From the human T2T-CHM13v2.0 reference genome, Homo sapiens: DNA of 64,000 bases. Where the stretch lies: assembly GCF_009914755.1 (NCBI RefSeq), contig NC_060928.1; one strand, 5' to 3'. Positions within the stretch are counted from its first letter, which is position 1, and every line of letters starts with the position of its first letter. The translations under genes and the position numbers were made by a program. Shown here one piece after another: positions 1 through 11,511 of this stretch. The notes beneath the pieces were generated by a model, which was given only the letters and a program-made list of their open reading frames with translations, was not told the origin of the DNA and ran no database searches.

Positions 1-574
1 AGATGTTTGTGATTGTGTTTCATTCCTTTTGATTTTGACCTTTTCATTTTGGAGTGCTGACTGACATGGAAATCTCTGAAGCACAATTTTCCAGTGAACT
101 TGGCCCGCTTGGAAACCGCCCTTGTTCATCCTCATTGAATGAGCATTTTCCCTAGACCACGTGCATGTTCCCGCGGCAATAACTGGCTTGCAAATTAAGC
201 CTGAACCAGATATGCCATAGAACTATTATTTTCTTTTTCAATGTGCAAGCAGTTTTAAAGCTACACCTAATCCTGACTACTGGATCCTGTCAGATGGCGC
301 CTCTTTAAAACCAAAATATGAGTTAATAAGCAGGTGAGATAATCTGCCTCCAGCAAACACTCCCTACATTAAGAATTGAAAATGTTTTCATCATTCAGAA
401 GTTTGCTTTAAGCTTTGTTATATAATGCTCCTTGTGAAGTTTTAAAATGTATCATATTATGTTCATTTGGAACTAAAAAGCAATTGAATTAATAGCAGAA
501 CTCTGATTTCTGATCCACAGTTTTGTTAGTTTGATACATTGCTTAGGATTCTCAATTATGAAAACTACAATGGT

Positions 575-780
575 AAGATGGTAAAGTGCATAGAACATGA
601 GCTCTGGAGTTATTCCCTGGGCTTAAACCTTGGTTCTCCCACTCAGATTTTCTGCCTCCATTTCCTCCTTTCTAAACCAGAGGCTGCTGTGAGGGTTTTA
701 AATGAAATAATCTACATGATGACTCTGGGCACAATGCCCACCGCAGGGTAAGCAGTCCATTATTAGCCATTATCATTATC
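575..780 (+). mobile_element. MIR SINE fragment
   Basis: ctgcctccatttcctcc...gctgtgagggttttaaatgaaataat...ggcacaatgccc resembles the MIR core and 3' end. Confidence 0.6.
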
Positions 781-849
781 AATCATCGTGATCATTAATT
801 GCCTTTATATGTGTTATATGAAGTCATTAGGTAGCTAATGTTCTATAGA

Positions 850-966
850 AGGGGTTGGCAATTTTTTCCTGTAAAAGTGCAGGTAAATATTTTAGACTTC
901 ATGTGCCATATAGTCTCTGTTGCAACTACTCAACTCTGACATTGGTTCAAAAAAACAAAGACAATC
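850..966 (-). mobile_element. MER58-type hAT-Charlie DNA transposon fragment
   Basis: ggggttggcaa...taaatattttag...gtctctgttgcaactactcaactctg is the reverse complement of the MER58 3' end. Confidence 0.7.
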
Positions 967-1449
967 TCTACATTCAAACTCCTACCCATGAATTCCAACC
1001 CAGCATATATGTCAAAGGCCACCTATTCCTTGACCATATTTTCAATGGCCTTGCCCACTTCCCTCCCATTTTACCTGCATGTCAAACTGGGATCATCTAT
1101 CTCTGTACCTTCACCTGGATGGCTGAGCTCTGGTGGAGAGAATTGCACAATCACACAGATTAATGACACTATAAATACATCACATCTAACTTCAACCAGG
1201 CCCTCACCTCTACCCATAAATCCTTCTTACAAAACTTCCTTCCCCCTTTTACTACAACAGCTATTTCAAATCATCTTCTGTCCTCATAAACCTCCAATGC
1301 ACAGAAGTCTCAGTTTGGGAACTCTCCTTTCTTTCTATTACAAATTTTGCAGAGAATCTCATGTTTCTCTCTCTCTCCCTTTCTCTCTTACCGCCCCCCA
1401 TGCCCCAACACACATACACCCTTTGTTACTTCTCTCCTTTAACAATGAA

Positions 1450-3450
1450 AGAACTGCCCCCTTCCTACTGGAAGCTGAACACCTCATACTCCGTTTGTCC
1501 TATAATAACTCATTTCTTCTTACATCTTTTGAGAGCTGACCTATAAATCATCCCCGCTTTTTTACATTTATTTTCAGCTTCTCCCTTCTTACTGCCTAAT
1601 TTGGTTTGTATAAAACATGTTACAGCGCTCTATCCTAAAAATGAACAAACCTCACCAGAGTCTATACTTTTGTTCAACTACTACCTTCTGTCTCTCCTTC
1701 TTTCTATGATCTTTTCAAAACAAACCACCACACCTGTAATATTTTCTTTCTTTCCTTCTTTCCTTTCCTTCCATGTAGCAATCTGGCTTATATTTCTGTT
1801 GCATACACCGAAAGTGCTGTTGCAATGGTGCTAAATATTCCCAAGTTGCTAAAATCAAAAATCAAAAGGACATGTACTGCTTCCTGAGATATTTTCTTTC
1901 CCAGCTTCCACGATATCTAGCTTTTCTTGCTTCCCTGTGATTATTCGAAGGATTCTATCTTCTCCTTCTTTTTTCCTCGATGACCTTATGCATTCCCATG
2001 TCTTAAAGTGCCACCCATAGGCTAATAATCCCCAATCCAGCTCTGTTCTCCCTTCTCCTGGGCTCTAGATCAGCATCTCAAATCTCCTAGACATCAACAC
2101 CAGAGTTACCAAAGGTCCCTCAACTGCAAAAGGCTCAAATCAAAATCAAGCTTAAAAAATAAAATAAAATAAAATAAAAAAACTTGTTCCTCCACTTGTA
2201 GCATGTAAGTTAATGGTACCAGTCATCTGGTTGTTGAGGTGAGAAACCTGTAACCCTGCCTCTGCATCACCTCTGCCTTTAATCAATTACCAAGTTCTTT
2301 CCTTTCTATCATCTATCTTATGGACCCTGGACCCACTGCTTCCCTGAATCACCAGCTCTCACTTCAGAGTCCAAGAAGGACACATCTAATCGCTGTCTAG
2401 GCCAAGTGCCAAGACTTGTGCCCAGTCTCCAAGCGGCTGGGAAAGAAAATACTTGGAGATTTCACATCCCATTACAAGTGAGTTCAGTTTCTCACTGAGC
2501 CTCAGAATATGAGGAATTCTCCAAAATGAAGACGTCCAGATGACAGCAACACCAAACGTGAAACCATGATAAATGTGTGCACCCCCTGGATTACTGCACA
2601 AGCCTTCTCACGGACCACCCTACTGTCAGTCTTGTCTTCCTCTTTCCCTACCTCTGTCCCGGATCCAGACTGCAATCAGTTATCTCTCAAAAATGTAAGT
2701 CTGGTGATGTTTCTCAAGGACTTAACACTCTTCCTTGCCTACTGACTACCCATAACATAAAATGCAAGTTCTCTGCATGGCTCCAGGCCCTCTCTGACCT
2801 AACTCCTGCTTTCTAGCCTTATCTCTGGTTATTTTCCCATCTCCAGATAGATTTCTGTTTAGCTGAAATGCTTAGTAGAATTACCTGAGTCTGCCATGTG
2901 CTCTCTGGGATCCAAGTCTTAAAATACATATTTGCCAGTATCCTCTTCACCTCCCCGCTCTTCCTCATCCCTCACACATCATTCTTTCAGCTTTCTCTCT
3001 TTCACAAAGGTTTCCTGATCCTGACCTTGCTGTTGCTTCTAGGTGCTATCACAGCACTTTGTTTTTCTATACCACTGCAGGATGACTATAGCTAACAATA
3101 ACATACTCTATAGTTTCAAATGGCTAGAAGGAAGATGTTGAATGTTCCCAACACAAAGAAATCATAAATGTTAGAGATGAATATGCTAGTTGCCCTGATC
3201 TGATCACTATAAATTGTACGTATTGAAACATCACTAGGTACCCCATAATTATGTATAATTATTATTTGTCAATTTAAAAAATAAAATACAATTTAAAAAA
3301 AGACATACTCAATTATATAAGCTTATTATTTAGTTGTAATTTGTATTAAGTTCCATGAGGGCAAAAACCTTCTCTTTTTCAAGGTCATATCCCCGTCCCT
3401 AGCGCACTACCAGGCATGTGGTAGATAGTCCATAAATACACTTTGAGTGG
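1450..3450 (+). mobile_element. Fragmented L2 LINE, interrupted by ~2363-2583 (possibly MLT1-like) and by an L1 3' end
   Basis: L2 motifs ctggattactgc..., ccaggccctctctgacct and the 3' end taagttccatgagggca...cctagc...ggcatgtggtag. Confidence 0.6.
3079..3302 (+). mobile_element. L1MA-type LINE-1 3' end
   Basis: gactatagctaacaataac...gaatgttcccaacacaaagaaat...ccctgatctgatcact...taccccata, then an A-rich tail. Confidence 0.8.
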
Positions 3451-5533
3451 GTAATTCTGGTCCATGCAGTACATCTATCCCAGCTTAGGCTTCACAATTT
3501 CGTCATGTCAAGAATCAAAGGTTTTGTTGCAATTATTTCCTTGGATTTTCAGCTTAATCTACCACAGGTTTGGTTGACACAAAATGTTTTTCAATCTCCT
3601 TTAGCACTGATTTCAACACAAAAACTGAATTTCTTTCAGGCCATAATAAATAAATAAATAATAAATAAAAAACACAGTAGCTTTCTTTCAAAGAAAAATA
3701 AATTTTACAAGAAATGCAATAAATGAAAATATAGTCTGTTGTGCCTTTGGTACACAAACCTACTTTCAGCCCTCGAGTCTCCCCTCTCCACCTTCATGTC
3801 TCTTCTGGATCCATGTTACCTAATGGCTCATCTCCCCACACCTTGTAAGAGTTGATCCTGATCCTGGCTTCCCCTAAAGTTATCTACCATGTGTGCTGAC
3901 TGAGGGGCCAATTGTACTTCAGAGCTCATTACTGAGAGAAACCAGGCTGCCTTGGTAGGACAAACTATAAAACGTTTTGCAATATACAAAATGGTACTGG
4001 GTGTCCTTGCAATAGACACCCAGTACCATTGCTGGATTGGCTCTGGTGGACCTTCCAGGGTCATCTAATTCCACAGGGGTCTATGCCTTTTATTGTCTTT
4101 ACAATTTTACAACTCTGTAAGTTGGAAAAATCTAAAAACAATGCAAATTATACTGGTGCATAGATATACAAATGATTTTTTTTCTAGTAGAAATGCTATA
4201 GTTTTCCATTCTTATGATTCCAAACATTGTATTTTATTGCTCTATAGATATTAACCAGTTTCAAATCTATTACCAACTTCATATCAGCATGCCTGATTGC
4301 CTACATGTGTCTCATCTTCAGCGTCTCCTTTGAAATAATTGTAATATATTACTGATTTTTTCAATTGTTAAATAAAAGCTCAAATACATGTTATTTGATT
4401 TTTATATATTACTATACCTTTGCCTTTTCAAAATCATACTTTAACTGCCTGTTTCTCACGAAGAAAATACATTCAAGTATTAAAAATACACTGAATATAA
4501 TTGTTCCTCATATATGAGCCATATCTGAATAACTGGAGACCAGTCAGGATGTTTCTATCCTGCAGCACAGACAGGACAAAGGAATTAGAGTGATATTTGG
4601 GTTAGTAAAGTCAGGGAGAATGATGACACCCTCTGAAGGATTAAGGATTTACTTGAAGAAGAGTGCGAAATATGGTTCAGTAGATAGAGTAGGGCTAGCA
4701 TGTGGTGAATCTAATAATTCAGGCACAAAAAAAGTAACTATCTTTCTAAGAAGACATGTAAGACAAAAGTACAGTATTCCACTTAAGAAGATGGGGTATG
4801 TTAACATTGAGTTTCAGGATCTCTGATTAACTACCCTCTGTTAAACAGCAGGTCTATGACTCACTGCATCCAGTGAAGCAGTAGGCTCTTGAGCTGGATT
4901 TCTACAACCCCCTCGACTCCTGCATAATGTATTTTGAAATTAGAGATTTTCTTAGATGGGAAGATACTTCTACGCAAGCAACTCAATTCAGTCCTCTGAA
5001 GACACACCATTTCTGGGGAATGTCCCACCAAGTTTACTCCTGACTGACACAAGGTAGAAAGTTGAGGTTCACCACATCCAGGAAGCTTCCATTATTCACT
5101 CCTAGACTCAGTCTTGTGGCAGACATCACCGCTGATGTTTTCTAGATCTTCCCTCTCAGTATTCTATGAACAATATATAGCAAAAGAATGGCACACTTAG
5201 AGTAACAAGGAGTCATTGCTTCACAATATAAAGTTCAAAATGTCAGTGGAATTTAAAGCTGTAATAGCTTACAGATAATGGAATACCTTTTATTTAATTC
5301 TGCTGATATTCCCATGTAAGTGTTCTATGCCAGGCCTCTAGTTATCTCATGCCCTTTAAGATTAGATTAGACTCTCATAGCCCCCAGGTTTTTCTCACTT
5401 TCCTTAAAAGCCTTATCAAAATTTTATATTATTAACATATTATTTGTTTAATATCTTCTCTATCTCCTCCACTTTACTACCTCCCATGACTTTTAACTCC
5501 TTGAACATGATAACTGTGCTGTAAGTCTGGATG

Positions 5534-5862
5534 AAGGGTCAGCAAATTTCAGCCCCTGAGCCAAATCCATCCCAACCCTTTTTGTATGCCCTGCAAACTA
5601 AGAATGTTTTTCTCATTTTAAAACTATTGTTTAAAAATTAAATATCAAAATAATAATAGTTTTAACACATTAAAATGATATAAAATTCAAATATGAGTGT
5701 CCATAAAGTTTTATTGGCACACAGTCATGCTCATTCATTTCCATCATCTTTGGCTGGTTTCATGCTCATGCAGAGTTGAGTAATTATAATAGAGGCTGAA
5801 CAGCTCACAAAGTCAAGAGTATCTACCATCTGGCCCTTTCCAGAAAAGTTTGCCCATCCCTG
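5534..5862 (+). mobile_element. MER58B hAT-Charlie element, near full length
   Basis: Termini agggtcagcaaa and aagtttgcccatccctg; internal ccataaagttttattggcacacag and gcagagttgagta. Confidence 0.8.
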
Positions 5863-6387
5863 GCATACAGCACAGCTGTACTTCCAGCACCTGAAATTTA
5901 ATAAGTGATTATTACCATCTGTTGGACTGTTGAGTGAATGAATATGAATGCACATAACTGGAGACAATAAAGTTTCAAAGATTTCACTGAAAACTATAAA
6001 TAAATGAAAATTGGAATCCTTAAAATGCATTTTGTGGTTTAGGGTTGGATAATCAGAGTCAGATTTACTAAAAATATCAATATTCTATTGATCTCATTAC
6101 ATTAATCAAATTAGAGTTTGAGTAAGGTGGGCGGGGGGCTGACTGTGAGCCCTATCCTACTAATAGTGCCTACTGCACACATCATCTCTTTGAATGATTT
6201 AATACTGCCTAGTGAGATATTTGATAGCACTCACAGGGCATGTATTAAAATCATAAAATGATCAACACAAGTATACTTGATATTTCTTCCAACTTGTAAA
6301 ATAAAGAAAACATATTCATTCACTTTAATGTTTCTCCCAATTTGTGACTTACAAGTTTTATGATTAAAATGGGGAAAAAATCATTGC

Positions 6388-6416
6388 TACTAATGACATT
6401 CTATGCTGTCTTTCAG
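6388..6416 (+). promoter_or_regulatory. Branch point and 3' splice site
   Basis: TACTAAT at 6388-6394 is one mismatch from TACTAAC (branch A 6393), followed by pyrimidine-rich ctgtctttcag. Confidence 0.75.
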
Positions 6417-7406
6417 AACACAGTTTCAGAAAACAGTTTCCAGTGCCTCTGGCCTTCCTACTGAAAGCAGACACAGAGTGCATGAAGACCGTTCAAATAT
6501 GTCAGGGACCTCCTCTCATGAGTCCTTCTATGACTCCCTCTCAGACATGCAGGAAGAAAGCAAGAATACTGACTTCTTCCCGGGCCTTTCTGCTTTCCTC
6601 AGCCAGGAAGAGATAAACAAGAGTCTTGACCTGGCCCGGAGAGCCATAGCCGACTCCGAAACAGAAGATTTTGACTCGGAAAAAGAGATCTCGCAGATTT
6701 TCAGTACTTCTCCTGCAAGCCTCTGTGAACATCCTTCCCATAAGGAGACCAAATTGGGTGAACACGCCTCGAGGAGACCTCAGGATAACAGGTCAACACC
6801 TGTCCAGCCTCTGGCAGAGAAACAAACTAAGAGTATCTCTTCACCTGTTTCAAAGAGGAAACCTGCCATGTCACCCCTGCTCACCAGGCCCAGCTACATC
6901 CGGAGCCTCCGAAAGGCTGAAAAGCGTGGTGCAAAAACTCCCAGCACAAACGTAAAGCCCAAAACGCCACATCAAAGAAAGGGTGGCCCCCAGAGCCAGC
7001 TGTGTGACAAGGCAGCTAATTTAATTGAGGAGCTAACATCCATATTTAAAGCCGCAAAGCCAAGAAACAGAAGCCCAAATGGGGAGTCCTCGTCACCAGA
7101 CAGTGGGTACCTGTCTCCTAAAAATCAGCCGTCAGCCCTGCTGAGTGCCTCAGCCAGCCAGAGCCCTACAGAAGATCAAGGGGAGATGGAAAGAGAGGTC
7201 AAGTCCCCTGGGGCCAGGCATTGCTACCAGGACAACCAGGACTTGGCAGTGCCACACAACCGCAAGTCTCACCCACAGCCCCACAGTGCCCTCCACTTCC
7301 CAGCTGCACCTCGATTCATCCAAAAGCTGAGGAGCCAAGAAGTAGCAGAAGGGAGCCGAGTTTATCTGGAGTGTAGAGTCACTGGAAACCCCACTCCTCG
7401 AGTCAG
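6417..7406 (+). other. PALLD: Complete exon (990 nt): 82 nt 5' UTR + 908 nt CDS
   Basis: Acceptor ctgtctttcag|A ends at 6416; donor GT at 7407; the segment is more GC-rich than its AT-rich flanks. Confidence 0.88.
6499..7406 (+). CDS. PALLD: Palladin, first coding exon (aa 1-302 plus 2 nt of codon 303); CDS continues beyond the window
   Basis: Translation MSGTSSHESFYDSLSDMQEESKNTDFFPGLSAFLSQEEINKSLDLARRAI...APRFIQKLRSQEVAEGSRVYLECRVTGNPTPRVR is recognisable as the long-isoform palladin N-terminus. It ends in the start of an I-set Ig domain. ATG at 6499 has A at -3. The 908 coding nt end at donor AG|GTATGA (phase 2). Confidence 0.97.
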
Positions 7407-7412
7407 GTATGA
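7404..7412 (+). promoter_or_regulatory. 5' splice donor CAG|GTATGA
   Basis: GT at 7407 coincides with the end of palladin similarity; the Ig-domain Trp expected after PRVR is absent from the read-through. Confidence 0.9.
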
Positions 7413-7870
7413 ATTTTTGTATTATGCATAGCAAATGATCTTGTTGACTTTGGTGTTACTTTAATATGGGAGGAAGAAAGATTTCCTGTGTCATTAGCCC
7501 TCTGGAGACTGAGGTAGAGTACTTGCAAGGAGAGAAGCAGCCCAGAATCGCCACTATGAGTTGTCCTAGTTGTCCCTGGCCTGATATATCTGTGGTCATG
7601 CACCCTCTGTGCTAAGGAAGGAAGGCAAAGGACTTGAGAAGGCAAAGAGCAGTGGAAACAGTTTGTTCTCTAAGATGGTGGAACTAGTAACAAATAGGCA
7701 CACTTAAGATGTGAAACTGATTTACTCGAAGTACTGTGAAAAGTGTGTGTATATTTGAATATGAGTTGCTAAAGACAGTTGAAAGCATGGCTAAAACTAG
7801 CTGCTATCTAGAAGTGAAAGGCACGAGTGTGTAGAGGCCAACCTTCAGATTAGCCCCCAATAACGCATTA

Positions 7871-8072
7871 AAGGGAACAATAAACACCGAGGCCTACTTG
7901 AAGGGGGAGAGTAGGAGAAGCCTGAGGACCAAAAAACTACCTATCAGGTACTAATCTCATTACCTGGGTGACAAAATAATCTGTATGCCAAAGCCCTGCA
8001 ACATGTAATTTACCCATGTAACAAACCTGCACACGTATCCCCGAATGTAAAAGTTGGAAAGAAAAAAAAAAA
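7871..8072 (+). mobile_element. Old L1PA 3' end
   Basis: ggcctacttgaagggg...tacctgggtgacaaaataatctgta...tttacccatgtaacaaacctgcac, then an A tail. Confidence 0.85.
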
Positions 8073-8469
8073 GTTTCTCATATACAAGAAACAAAAACCA
8101 AACAAAAATTATCCCCCAAATGGATAATCTAGTCTCAGGCATGGACTAAATAGGCACATATTCAGTAACATAAACACACACACACCCCTTCAATGTGATG
8201 CAAAGAAGGAAGGCAGAACTTTCCTAAGAAAGAAAGATAAATCAAGTCAGGAGCTCCGCAGGTCTGCCCGTTATTCCTACACAGGCTCTGGCCACTAGAG
8301 CATGGAGACAGCAAGAAATAACAGTGAAAGGAGTATGCACTTAGAGTTAATAGGCACTCATACCACCATGTTCATTAGAATTTCTATACATTCTTCTGAC
8401 TTCATTGTAGAGTTTTTACCTTCCCCTGTGCAAAAATGTTAAGGGGAAAGAGATCCTGGAGTCCCCCTG

Positions 8470-8660
8470 CAGGGTTTCCAGTCATGATTCCATTGCCCAA
8501 GTTACTCTACCCCTCTGTGACTCAGTTTCTTCATCTGTGAAATGGGAAGTATAATGATACCTACATCATTCTGTTTTATGATTAAATAATACATGGGGAA
8601 AATTAAAGCAGTACCTTGTAGCTAGTAACTGCTGCAGTAGTGTTACCTATTATCTTTATT
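8470..8660 (+). mobile_element. MIR
   Basis: caagttactctacccctctgtgactcagtttcttcatctgtgaaatggg core. Confidence 0.75.
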
Positions 8661-8815
8661 ATTTCTCATTTCTTAATTTTATATGGCAAAATGAAAATAA
8701 CAAGTCAGGATTATACTACACAAATAATGAATATTCATTTATCTGGGAAGTTTTGCTTTTATTCATGCAGAATGCTTTACCTAAATTACATAAATATTTA
8801 AAAAGTTAACTCAAG

Positions 8816-9120
8816 GGCCAGGCACAGTGGCTCATGCCTGTAATTCCAGCACTTTGGGAGATTGAGGTGGGTAGATCACCTAAGGCCAGGAGTTCGAGAC
8901 AAGCCTGGCCAACATGGTGAAACCCCCTCTCTACTAAAAATACAAAAAATTAGCCAGGCATGGAGGCGAGTGCCTGTAATTCCAGCTACTCAAGAGGCTG
9001 AGGCACAAGAATCACTTGAACCTGGGAGGCAGAGGTTGCAGTGAGCCAAGATCATATCACTGTACTCCACTCCAGCCTGGGTGACAGAGCGAGACTCTGT
9101 CTCAAAAAAAGAAAAAAAAA
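8816..9120 (+). mobile_element. AluS
   Basis: Full dimer with A tail; TSD aaaagttaactcaa on both sides. Confidence 0.95.
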
Positions 9121-10529
9121 AGTTAACTCAAAATTATTTGATTTGGAAAAAAATGGTAAAGTAGACATCACTGGCTAAAGATTGAATTGAAACACTGGTA
9201 CTTTCTTACTAATAGCATTTCACAGATCACAAACTTCCCTGTATCTCTGATCCTTTGCTCACTAACACAAGCTTTGCTAGTGTTGGTTTCTTAATCTGAC
9301 CTCATTGTGCACACACATGAAGTAAAAATTAGCATTACTGGCTGAAAAGTGGTGTGATTACAGGTGGGCGATTTTTTTCCCCCGACCAATTTGTTCAACT
9401 AATTCACTTTGAGTCAGCTTTACAGTAATTTTACTATAATTCTTTAAGAAACTGACAGCAGGGGGCAGTAAAAAACTTTTTCATGTGTTCATTTAATTAA
9501 ATATGTCGTTCTAAATTCTGCATTTATATGTTATTTATGTAGATTATTTATACAGATTTATATACATGAAGAATTTGTTTCTTACATTTTACCTTTGACA
9601 GAAATGAATGTTTCAGATTCTATTTAGATTTTTTAACCTATCAATCTTGCAAATAAATAATTTTCATTAGACATTCATTCTCATGTCACTCAAAACAGTT
9701 CCACAGGTTTTCAAACTACATATGGTTCCACCTACATTTACTTCCAAAATAACCCTTGAAGTATACTACAACCTTTAAAAAATGACAGAAAGCAGTCCAT
9801 TTAGCATTGAAGGATTAATTCAGGTGAACAGACCATAATTACTGTATTAAAATTCACTTAACCATTTGGTGATTCTAGGGGTCATCAAATTCACACTTCT
9901 GCCTCTTTGGGGGTAGCAGAACTAAAATTTAATTTAGTTAGTATCTGCAGTATTATTAACTAGTTTTCTCTTATTCTGCAGTCTATGAAAGTCCAAACTT
10001 GACAAATTATGCCCTTCTAGAATAATTAAGTCTCATAAAATGTTCCATTGTTGAAAGTTAGCTGGTCATGTTTGTATCCTATAGAGTTTTTTGGGTTTGG
10101 AGGCTGTTTTTGTTTGAGAGGGAGAGCATAGATGCTCATTGGATTTTTTAAATTTCTGTTCCAAAGATCTTGATCCTCCTTGTCATGTATTTGTAAGTGC
10201 ACCAGACGCCTAAGAACATTGAGCTCTTTTGACCACATGAGACATATGACAGTCATAAGAGAAAATCTTTGAAGGAAATTTTCTATCAGGAAGAAAACCT
10301 TTATTAAAGATTTCCTGCAATGGGGCATTTTAGAACCTGACTCAGACTGTGTCAGTCCAGAGGACCTAGGACCTGGAGCTTAGGCAGACCTATTGATTGG
10401 CAGGCCATCTCCTGAGGTCACAGAAGCAGTTGACAGACGTGTGGAGAGGCAAGGAGATGTCAGGAGAATCTAAAGCAAGCCATAAGCAGAAGCCCAAGAG
10501 ACACTGGTTGGTGAGAGCAGAGACGCTCC

Positions 10530-10701
10530 TCAGTGTTGGGTAGTTGGCAGCTGTACTGGGAGGTAAGTGAGGTATGGTGCCAAGAAGCTTGGCGGTTGGC
10601 CAATGGAAAGGTCCAGGCTGACTTATAGGGAATGCGTCACAGGAAAACATGGCAGCAGACAGTAGGATCAAGATACAGGAGCTGGAACACGGGGGGGAAA
10701 C
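10530..10701. repeat. Local duplication A, copy 1 (partner 11956-12126)
   Basis: Hand alignment gives about 24 differences over ~172 bp, almost ungapped. Confidence 0.92.
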
Positions 10702-11435
10702 CTTTACCTTGCAAGAGTTTAAGCAAGTGAAAGTTAGGACCATAGCTCCAGAAAGACAAAAGAACAGAGCAGAATCTTAGTGACTCAACTGGGTCCAGAT
10801 TAGGGAAACCAATTGCTAGGTTAACATGCCTGGGCTACTAAGCAGCTGGCTGGAGCTTAGATTAAACAGAGATTGTTTGCTTTTGAAAGCTGGCATGATG
10901 AACCTTACAAATGTGGATAAAGAAGCCCCCACTCAGGGAAGAAGTAACAGAAACAACAGGGTAAAACCAGGCCAGTCACTTCAAGGCAAGGCATTTGTAC
11001 TTCACATGCAGTCACTTCACCCTCTCACGCTGTGTGAACACCACTTATGACTACAAACAGGACTGAAAATATGTTTTCCTCCTTTATTATTGCATATCCA
11101 ACAAAATCTCAACAAGAGAAAGAAGAGCTGATAGAAGAAAACCCTATGCATAAAAAAGGACGTTATATACAATTGAGGTAGTAGTCACATGATATGCAAA
11201 TTATATTAACAATTTGAATTACTACATTAAATGAAATCAAGTCAGAATTCATTTTTTCTCTGCTTATGCTCAAATGTCCCATATTCTCATATACTCCTTC
11301 CAAACAGCATAAAGACCTGTTCCCTGACATCACTCACCTTCCCTGTTCTCTCCACTCTTGACTTTGTGAGTTAGTAAAAAATTTGTGAAGAATTTTAGTT
11401 CAAAATTACCTCCGGTATTATAAAAAGGAGGCCTT

Positions 11436-11511
11436 ATATTTTTAAAGGTATTTATTTATTTTTAAAGGTATTATTTATTTATTTTAAAGGTATTTATACC
11501 TTTAAAAATAT
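11436..11511. repeat. Three tandem (t)ttttaaaggtatt units followed by an inverted copy
   Basis: atatttttaaaggtat (11436-11451) is the exact reverse complement of atacctttaaaaatat (11496-11511). Confidence 0.85.

Noticed and set aside
988-1539. 183-aa ORF, second longest in the window
   Set aside because: Ser/Leu/Pro-rich translation of pyrimidine-rich, partly L2-like sequence; no recognisable domain or splice context.
6403-6498. ORF-track start at ATG 6403 (342-aa ORF)
   Set aside because: ATG 6403 lies in the intron upstream of the acceptor at 6416, and the YEFLYYA end is intron read-through. The recognised protein starts at 6499.
6528-7434. Antisense and alternative-frame ORFs over the exon
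   Set aside because: Expected shadows of a GC-richer coding exon; no independent support.
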